Source: an uncultured Verrucomicrobiae bacterium (GTDB lineage: Bacteria > Verrucomicrobiota > Verrucomicrobiia > Chthoniobacterales > UBA10450). From it: a stretch of 64,000 bases of DNA. The notes below the pieces were generated by a model. The model did no database searches. It was given only the letters and a program-made list of their open reading frames with translations, and was not told the origin of the DNA. Positions 56,497-64,000 of this stretch are shown one piece after another. The stretch is from assembly GCA_963815455.1 (NCBI GenBank), contig CAWFGO010000002.1:608001-672000 (forward strand), written 5' to 3'. The translations under genes and the position numbers were made by a program. Each line of letters starts with the position of its first letter. Position 1 is the first letter of the stretch.

Positions 56497-58017
56497 ATGA
56501 AAACAACTGTTGCCATAATCGGCGCCGGACCGGCGGGACTCACCGCCGCCTATCTCCTGGCCAAAAACGATGTCGATGTTGTCGTTTTGGAAGCCGACCC
56601 AGTTTACGTCGGCGGCATTTCCCGCACCGCCACCTACAAAGGCTTCCATTTCGACATCGGCGGACATCGCTTCTTCTCAAAATCGAAAGCAGTGGAGGAT
56701 TTTTGGACCGAGATTTTGCCTAACGATATGCTGGTGCGGCCACGCTCCTCGCGCATTTTCTACGATGGCACATTTTTCTCGTATCCACTCAAGCCCTTCG
56801 AAGCTCTTTTCAAGCTCGGCATTCTCAGGTCTGTCCTGTGCATTTTCTCGTGGTTGAGGTCGCGCTTCAATCCGGTGCGAAACCCACGCAACTTCGAAGA
56901 CTGGGTCAGCAACCAATTCGGCAAACGGCTATTCAATATCTTCTTTAAAAGTTACACCGAAAAAGTCTGGGGAATGAGTTGCCGGGAAATCTCCGCAGAT
57001 TGGGCGGCCCAACGCATTAAAGGTCTTTCGCTTGGAAGCGCGATCAAGAACGCTCTCGTGCCGCAGCGCTATAACGGCGATCGCGCAAAGGTGATTAAGA
57101 CACTGATCAATTCATTCCGTTATCCGCGCCGCGGACCCGGGATGATGTGGGAAACCTGCGCTGAAAAGACCAGGGCGCTGGGTGGCCGGATCGAAATGGG
57201 CTGCAAAGTCACTCGCTGTTCCTACGATGAAATTTCCCGAGCATGGGCGCTCGAGTACCAGGATCGGCAAGGCGCGGCGGCTACGATTGAAGCCGAGCAC
57301 GTCGTTTCTTCCGCGCCAATGCGTTCGCTGATTTGCGGATTAACTCCACCCGTGAGCGATCAAGCCAAACGCGCCGCGGAAAGTTTGAAGTATCGCGACT
57401 TCTTAACGGTCATGCTCATTTTGAAGGAACGAAATCTGTTTGCCGATAATTGGATTTACATCCACGACCCGAGTGTAAAGGTCGGCCGGATCCAAAACTT
57501 TCGTTCCTGGTCGCCGGAGATGGTGCCCGATCCGGACAAGGCCTGTTACGGTCTCGAATATTTTTGCTTCGAGCACGACGGCCTGTGGAATTCGACCGAT
57601 GCCGATTTGATCGAACTAGCCAGGCGCGAATTGATCCAGATCGGGCTCGCCGAGGAGAGCGATGTTGTCGATGGAACGGTGGTGCGCCAGAAAAAGGCCT
57701 ATCCGGTTTACGACGATGATTACGCGCGCAACGTGGCGACAATTCGCCAGGAACTCGAAAATCGTTATCCGAATCTTCATCTCGTCGGCCGGAACGGGAT
57801 GCACAAATACAACAACCAGGACCACGCTATGATGACCGCGATGCTTTGCGTGGAAAATATTCTGTCCGACACCAAGCTCTACGATCTCTGGCAGGTGAAC
57901 AGCGACGCCGAGTATCACGAATCCGGCCCGGCTGCACGTGAAGAAACCACAGGCACCGCGTTGCGCCTCGTCCCGAGTCGCGTCGTCGCCACTCCCGAGC
58001 TCGCGCCGGAAAGCTAA
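56497..58017 (+). CDS. FAD-dependent oxidoreductase (protoporphyrinogen oxidase/UDP-Galp mutase-like)
   Basis: [42 protein letters not shown]. Confidence 0.8.
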   Translation: MKTTVAIIGAGPAGLTAAYLLAKNDVDVVVLEADPVYVGGISRTATYKGFHFDIGGHRFFSKSKAVEDFWTEILPNDMLVRPRSSRIFYDGTFFSYPLKPFEALFKLGILRSVLCIFSWLRSRFNPVRNPRNFEDWVSNQFGKRLFNIFFKSYTEKVWGMSCREISADWAAQRIKGLSLGSAIKNALVPQRYNGDRAKVIKTLINSFRYPRRGPGMMWETCAEKTRALGGRIEMGCKVTRCSYDEISRAWALEYQDRQGAAATIEAEHVVSSAPMRSLICGLTPPVSDQAKRAAESLKYRDFLTVMLILKERNLFADNWIYIHDPSVKVGRIQNFRSWSPEMVPDPDKACYGLEYFCFEHDGLWNSTDADLIELARRELIQIGLAEESDVVDGTVVRQKKAYPVYDDDYARNVATIRQELENRYPNLHLVGRNGMHKYNNQDHAMMTAMLCVENILSDTKLYDLWQVNSDAEYHESGPAAREETTGTALRLVPSRVVATPELAPES

Positions 58018-58055
58018 TCCAGCCAGCGCCGGATTTTGCTCGCGCCTCTTTAGTC

Positions 58056-58220
58056 TGTCATCCTGAGCCGCGCAGACGGCGAAGGATCTCACGAAACGTC
58101 CTGCGCTTGCGTATCTCAAAGGCACCACAACACGAGTGCCTCGCACGTTGATTCTTCAAAGCACGAAAGCATCTCACGCGCACGGGAGATCCCTCGTCGT
58201 CTTCGCGACTCGGGATGACA
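58056..58220. repeat. GTCAT-type REP-like inverted pair
   Basis: TGTCATCCTGAGCCGCGCAGACGGCGAAGGATCTC ... GAGATCCCTCGTCGTCTTCGCGACTCGGGATGACA. Confidence 0.75.
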
Positions 58221-58313
58221 ACAGCGGAATACGCTCCCGAACTCGCACCCGAAGCCAAAGAGATTCCAGTTTTTTCCTTGCTCTACCAAATATTCTGAGG
58301 CGTTTATTCCCTC

Positions 58314-58932
58314 ATGCCAACGCGGCGCAACCGGCCGAAAGCGGAAAAATTCAACCGTGATGCCGAACTGCCATTTCAATTGCGACTCAAGGATTTCGAG
58401 CTCGCGATGCAGGACGTTTACGACTTATTCTTCGACGTAAACACGAGCTTGCTCGAAAAGGGTTTAGAACGTCTGGATGATTTCTTGCGGCCGGCGATCA
58501 TGTCCGGTCTGCTTTCGGATCTGCTGACTGCAAGTGTCGCCAAGCATTCCCGTACGCTAACGCAAAACAACTACTTTAATGGCCACCCTGACTTGGTGGT
58601 GAAAGGAGTTTATCCGAACGACTCAATCAAGGCTGGAACGAAAGGCGTCGAAATCAAGACGACGCGCAAGGCTGGCGGTGCGGTGGATACACATGGCGCC
58701 CGGGATCAATGGATGGCGGTTTTTGTCTACGACATCGACAATGTCACTGAGCCCGCGCGCGAAAGAGGCCCTATGAGATTCACCGAGATCTACCTCGCGC
58801 ACGTTTCAGTCGAAGACTTTCGAAAAAATCCCGCGCGGCGAACTCGGCACCCGCACCGCAACGTTGCATCGCGAAGGAATTCAAAAGCTCCGCGAGAATT
58901 GGATTTATCGGGATGTCCTAGTCAAATCTTGA
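58314..58932 (+). CDS. Putative type II restriction endonuclease (PD-(D/E)XK); one frameshift near 58830
   Basis: HPDL...GVEIKT motif; convergent with the MTase; shifted frame ends GELGTRTATLHREGIQKLRENWIY. Confidence 0.6.
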
Positions 58933-59793
58933 GCGCACAAAGTTTCGGTATGGCGGCGCGCGCTATCTCGAAGTAGCGCGGGTCTTTCTCGATGCCGATG
59001 CTCTTGTAACTGAGCGCTTCAGCGGCGGCTAACGTCGATCCTGCGCCAGTGAACGGATCGAGACCGTTCCTTCGCCCATGGGCAAGACCGCGCGCACGAT
59101 TTTTCGGACAAAGGCCTGCGGCTTTAAACTCGGATGCGGCGCGAGAGCGCGCTCTGTCTTACGCGTAGGCGCCGAGGAGATGACATCGCCAAATGGTTGA
59201 TCCCTTGATGGGCGGCGAAAGCCGCCAGTTCTCCATCGTCGCAAATTGTCCTGCACGCGCCCCTCAATCGGTTTGCGGAAAATCAACCACGGCTCCCACA
59301 TCGAGCGCGGCATGACGCTGATCTCCGCGAATTCCGTGTGCGCTGCTTTTGGTCGATCACCACCGCGCATGGTCATCGTCAGGCGAATAACTTCGCCGCG
59401 GCGTTCAAATCCCGCGCGCGTCACTGCGCCCGCAACAACGAACGACAGAAGCGGATTCGATGCGATCAAAACGTGCGCGCCTGGAACGAGGATCGGAAAC
59501 AGCAAACGCGCCCACGCAGAAAAAAATCGTTCCAACTCGCCGATATCGTCGCGCGACAAGACTGTAAAACGTGGGAGCGGTGCGCGCTTGTTCCCGTCGA
59601 ACGAAGGCGGGATTCGCCAAACTCCACCGCGGCCGGCTCGCAATTTCGCCTGTTCTTCATCGCTATATTCCACCAAGCCGTATGGCGGATCAGTCACAAC
59701 CGCTTCGATGCTGTTCGTCTGGGCGTGCGCCAACCAATCGAAGCAATCGCCATGAATCAAAGTCGCTTTACCGAACCGAAACGCCCCGCGCAA
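58922..59793 (-). CDS. DNA N4-C/N6-A methyltransferase (beta order); one frameshift near 59060
   Basis: IHGDC, VTDPPY, HPSLKP, then LDPFTGAGST...GIEKD in a shifted frame. Confidence 0.85.
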
Positions 59794-60079
59794 AATTGGA
59801 GTATGTCGATCTTCGCTGGCCGTTTTGCTCCACGAGGGCCAATGAGGTTTGTGCTTCCTCCCGCACCACGTAATGCCCGCGATCCATTTTCTTAAAGAGT
59901 TTGGGCGTATTCAGCCGCAAGTAAGATCGAATCGACGAGGCTGGTGTCGTCCCGATCCGCTGACTGACTCCCTCCGTGATCTCCGCGACCGTCGCGCCGC
60001 TCGTTCGATAGGCCAGCGTCTCCATGATCGCATCACGCACGGCCCCAGGTTTACGCTTCGTTGGTTTCGAATATTTCAA
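59768..60079 (-). CDS. Small HTH-like protein upstream of, or fused to, the MTase
   Basis: VRDAIMETL...ATVAEITEGV......SSIRSYL.......F.K..RGHY winged-helix-like pattern. Confidence 0.55.
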   Translation of the reverse strand: MKYSKPTKRKPGAVRDAIMETLAYRTSGATVAEITEGVSQRIGTTPASSIRSYLRLNTPKLFKKMDRGHYVVREEAQTSLALVEQNGQRRSTYSNFARGVSVR

Positions 60080-60133
60080 TATTCAAAATTAAACGTTTGA
60101 AGCGTCTTTCGGCAATAAATTATTCGGGCTACG

Positions 60134-62982
60134 TCAAATTTCAACCGCCGGACACGAACAAAACAAATTCCGGTCGCCGTAGACATTGTCGATCCTCGCC
60201 ACCGCGGGCCAGAACTTGTGGTCGCGTGTCCAGGGCGCGGGAAACGCGGCTTGCTCGCGCGAATAGGGCCGGTCCCATTTGTCGGACGCGATTTGTCGCG
60301 CGGTGTGCGGCGCGTTCTTGAGCAAATTGTTTTCTCGATCCTGTTTGCCGCTGGCGATTGCTTCCATCTCGGCGTGGATCGACATCATCGCTTCGCAAAA
60401 ACGGTCGAGCTCGTGTTTCGGTTCGCTCTCGGTCGGCTCGATCATCATCGTGCCCGCGACCGGGAACGAAATTGTCGGCGCGTGAAAACCATAATCCATC
60501 AGGCGTTTGGCCACGTCTTCCACTTCGATTCCTGCGGTCTTCCACTGGCGAAGATCGACAATGCATTCGTGCGCCACGAGGCCGTGTTTTCCTTTAAAAA
60601 GAATCGGGAAATGACGATCGAGTCGCTTCGCGATGTAATTGGCATTTAGAATTGCGACCTCGCTGGCGCGCTTCAATCCCTCCGCGCCCATCATGCGGAT
60701 GTACATCCAGGTGATTGTCAGAATGCTCGCGCTGCCGTAAGGCGCAGCGGACACAGGACCGGGAGTATTTCCGATTTTCGATTTTCGATTTTCGATGGTG
60801 GGGACGCCTGGCAAAAACGGCGCGAGATGTTTCGCTACGCCGATTGGGCCCATGCCGGGACCGCCGCCGCCGTGCGGGATGCAAAACGTCTTGTGCAGAT
60901 TCAAATGGCAAACATCGGCCCCGAAATCGCCGGGGCGACATAGCCCGACCTGCGCGTTCATGTTCGCGCCGTCCATGTAAACCTGGCCGCCATGAGAATG
61001 AACGATGTCGCAAATCTCGCGAATGGTCGGCTCAAAAACGCCGTGCGTGCTCGGATACGTCACCATAAGCGCAGCCAAATCTTTTGCGTGCTCGTCCGCT
61101 TTGGCGCGGAGATCGGCCAGATCGACATCGCCATCTTTCAAGCAGGCCACGGCAACAACTTTGAAGCCGGCCATGACCGCGCTGGCCGGATTGGTTCCAT
61201 GCGCCGAAGTCGGGATCAGGCAGACGTTACGATGCGCTTCGTTGCGCGAGGCGTGATACTCACGGATTGCCAGCAGCCCGGAGTATTCGCCCTGCGATCC
61301 GGCATTCGGTTGCAGCGAGACCGCGGCGAATCCGGTGATTTCAGCGAGCCAGTCTTCCAGTTGCTTGCACATGTCGATGTACCCGGGCGTTTGATCGGCC
61401 GGCGCGAACGGATGCAGCTTGGCAAATTCCGGCCACGAGATCGGGAACATCTCCGCGGTCGCGTTGAGTTTCATCGTGCAGGAGCCGAGCGGAATCATCG
61501 AATGACAAAGCGACAAATCGCGCGACTCGAGCCGGCGCATATAACGCAGCATTTCCGTCTCGGTGTCGTGCGTGTTGAAGATCGGGTGAGAAAGAAATGA
61601 CGAATGACGAATGACGAATGACGAATCCGAGGATGAATGCGAGCTGTCGGCAAGCTTCGTCCCGAAAATTTCGCAGAGATCCGCCAGATCTTCTTTCTGT
61701 GGTCGTTTCGTCGAGTGAAATGCCGACGGCGTGATCGCCGAGTTTTCGCAAATTGATTCCGGCTTTTGCCGCGCGTCCCAAAATGTCATCAGCGCTCGTG
61801 CTGCCAAGATCGACATGAAGGGTGTCGAAGAAACCCTGGTGAACGATCTTCAAACCGGAATCCGTCAGGCACGGCGGGTCAGGTTGTGCACGCGTTCGGC
61901 GATTGCGCGCAGGCCGCGCGGTCCGTGATAAACGGCGTACATCGCAGCGATCACTGCGAGAAGGACCTGGGCCGTGCAAATGTTGCTGGTCGCTTTATCG
62001 CGCCGGATGTGTTGTTCGCGCGTTTGCAACGCGAGCCGATACGCGGGGCGGCCTTCGGCATCGTGCGAAACGCCGACCAGCCGTCCCGGCATGTGGCGCT
62101 TGTATTGATCGCGCGTGGCAAAATACGCCGCGTGCGGTCCGCCGAACCCGAGCGGTACGCCAAATCGTTGCGTGTTACCCACGGCAACATCGGCGCCGAA
62201 TTCGCCCGGCGGTTTCAACAATGTCAGCGCGAGAATATCGGCGGCCACGACGACCAGCGCGCCGGCATCATGCGCCTGCTTAACGAATTTGGCGTAATCG
62301 TAAATCGCGCCGTCGGTGGCGGGATATTGAACTAGCGCGCCAAAAATCGTGTCGTCGAATTTGAATCGCGAAAAATTGTCGATCTTGATTTCGATGCCGA
62401 GCGGTTTCGCCCGGGTCTGGGTCACTTCGATCGTTTGCGGATGACAATTGTCGGCCACGAAGAAAGTTTTTCGATCTGAGGCGACGGCATGACAAAGCGT
62501 CATCGCTTCGGCGGCGGCGGTCGCTTCGTCGAGCAGCGACGCATTGGCGATGTCCAGCGCCGTCAAATCCATGATCATCTGCTGGAAATTCAGAAGCGCC
62601 TCGAGCCGGCCTTGAGCAATTTCCGCCTGGTACGGCGTGTAAGCGGTGTACCAGCCGGGATTTTCGAGAATGTTCCGCTGAATTACCGGCGGCGTGACGC
62701 AATCGGAATAGCCGGCGCCAATGAACGAGCGCGCAAGTTTGTTCTTCTTCGAAATCGCGCGCAGCTCAGCCAGCGCTTCCATTTCCGATTTCGCTTCCGG
62801 CAAATTCAGTTCCCGATCCAACCGGATATTTTTCGGGACCGCGGCGTCGATCAGGCCATCCAGATCGTCGAACCCGACTTCGCGCAGCATCTGGCGCACT
62901 TCCTCGTCATTCGGCCCAATATGCCGGCGCGCAAAGTCCGAGTCGGACTGGCATTGCCGATGCTATTTTCGCGCGCATGCAT
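60134..62982 (-). CDS. gcvP: Glycine dehydrogenase (decarboxylating), P protein; about three frameshifts
   Basis: [73 protein letters not shown]. Confidence 0.93.
60767..60794. repeat. Heptamer tandem repeat in frame in gcvP
   Basis: ATTTCCG (ATTTTCG)x3 encoding [10 protein letters not shown]. Confidence 0.8.
61596..61623. repeat. Heptamer tandem repeat in frame in gcvP
   Basis: (AATGACG)x4 encoding [10 protein letters not shown]. Confidence 0.85.
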
Positions 62983-63047
62983 GGCAAGAGATATACGAAG
63001 CGCAATCCGCATTCAAGCGTTCGTGCGTGATCAAGGCGTAAATGCTC

Positions 63048-64000
63048 CTATTTCACGTCGCGCGTTTCTACGCCGTGAGTTTTCAGTTGAGCCAGCAAAA
63101 GGGCCAGATGGTCGCGGTCGCGTGTTTCAACAGTGCAAAGGACGCGCACGGCGGAAACGTCACTGCTGGCAAAGGCCCGGTCGTGGACGACTTGTTTAAT
63201 ACTGGCGCCGGCCTCCGCGATCTGGCCGGAGAGATCGGCCAGGCCGCCGGGGCGATCGCTGATAATTGCGGTGAATCGGCAGAGGCGGCCATCCGCGACG
63301 AGGGCGCGCTCGATCACCCGGCTCAGGACATTCGGATCGATGTTGCCGCCGCAGAGCGCAAGCACGACGCGTTTGCCGGCAAACTCTTTCAATTTGCCAG
63401 ACATGCAGGCAGCAAGCGGCGTTGCCGCCGCGCCTTCGACGACGCTTTTCTCCAGCTCAACCAGACGCAGAATCGCCAGCGCGATCTCTTCCTCAGTCAC
63501 GGTGACCGTAAGATCGACATTCGACTTCGCGATCTTGAACGCGTTCGTGCCGACCTGGGGAATGGCGAGGCCGTCGGCCAGCGTGGGGTGCATGTCGATC
63601 TTTACCGGCTTGTCCGCGCTGAGCGCAGCGGAAAAACTGGCGACGTTCTCCGCTTCCACGGCAATGATTTTCGCGTTTGGTCGCAGGGTCTTTATGGCCA
63701 GCGAAACGCCGGCAATTAATCCGGCGCCCCCGACCGGTACAACCACAGCATCGAGATCGGGAACTTGCTCGACAATTTCCAGCCCCATCGTTCCCTGTCC
63801 CGCGATGATCGCGGGATCGTCGTAGCCGTCGATGTAAGCCAGACTTATCTCATTCGCGATCTCGTGCGCGCGCGTCTTGGCGGCGGCGAAATCTTTTCCC
63901 CCCAGCACGACCGTCGCGCCGAGTTTCTGGCAATTATTTACTTTGATCAGCGGCGCAAATTTCGGCATCACCACCGTCGCCGGGATGCCGAGCAGCTTCC
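63048..64000 (-). CDS. ilvA: Threonine ammonia-lyase with C-terminal ACT domain (runs off window end)
   Basis: IIAGQGTMGLE, PVGGAGL, TLADGLA, EGAAA, CGGNID, ISDRPGGL. Confidence 0.9.
   Translation of the reverse strand, partial: KLLGIPATVVMPKFAPLIKVNNCQKLGATVVLGGKDFAAAKTRAHEIANEISLAYIDGYDDPAIIAGQGTMGLEIVEQVPDLDAVVVPVGGAGLIAGVSLAIKTLRPNAKIIAVEAENVASFSAALSADKPVKIDMHPTLADGLAIPQVGTNAFKIAKSNVDLTVTVTEEEIALAILRLVELEKSVVEGAAATPLAACMSGKLKEFAGKRVVLALCGGNIDPNVLSRVIERALVADGRLCRFTAIISDRPGGLADLSGQIAEAGASIKQVVHDRAFASSDVSAVRVLCTVETRDRDHLALLLAQLKTHGVETRDVK

Overview
GC-rich bacterial chromosomal segment. Gene content and lineage-typical secreted and outer-membrane protein families suggest Verrucomicrobiota, probably Chthoniobacterales (inference). 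Housekeeping genes include cysS (3' end), chdC/hemQ, gcvT/H/P, xseB, dxs, scpA, rodA, ino1, addAB-like, ileS-lspA, cca, glgA-like, ilvA and tRNA-Ser(GGA). There is a MacAB/TolC-type exporter and a complete selenocysteine cluster: a SelW-like CxxU selenoprotein missed by the ORF track, selC, selD with an in-frame UGA, selA and selB. A CusRS-like two-component system sits beside two palindromic operator boxes upstream of outer-membrane genes. Small accessory elements are a RAYT/IS200-like transposase with its own REP array, two integron-type cassettes with attC sites but no integrase, a 3.6-kb insert bracketed by a synonymously diverged duplicate of the cusR 5' end, an orphan Rhs toxin/immunity module and a convergent type II RM pair. 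Two patterns are the least explained. First, four-helix-bundle (Avd/IVP-like) genes are wedged between stop and start codons and bordered by 7-9-nt tandem repeats, and orphan repeats of the same style occur elsewhere, including inside CDSs. Second, REP-like palindromes are inserted in frame in IleRS, GcvT and a secreted protein. Many single-base frameshifts cluster locally and are most likely sequencing or assembly errors.
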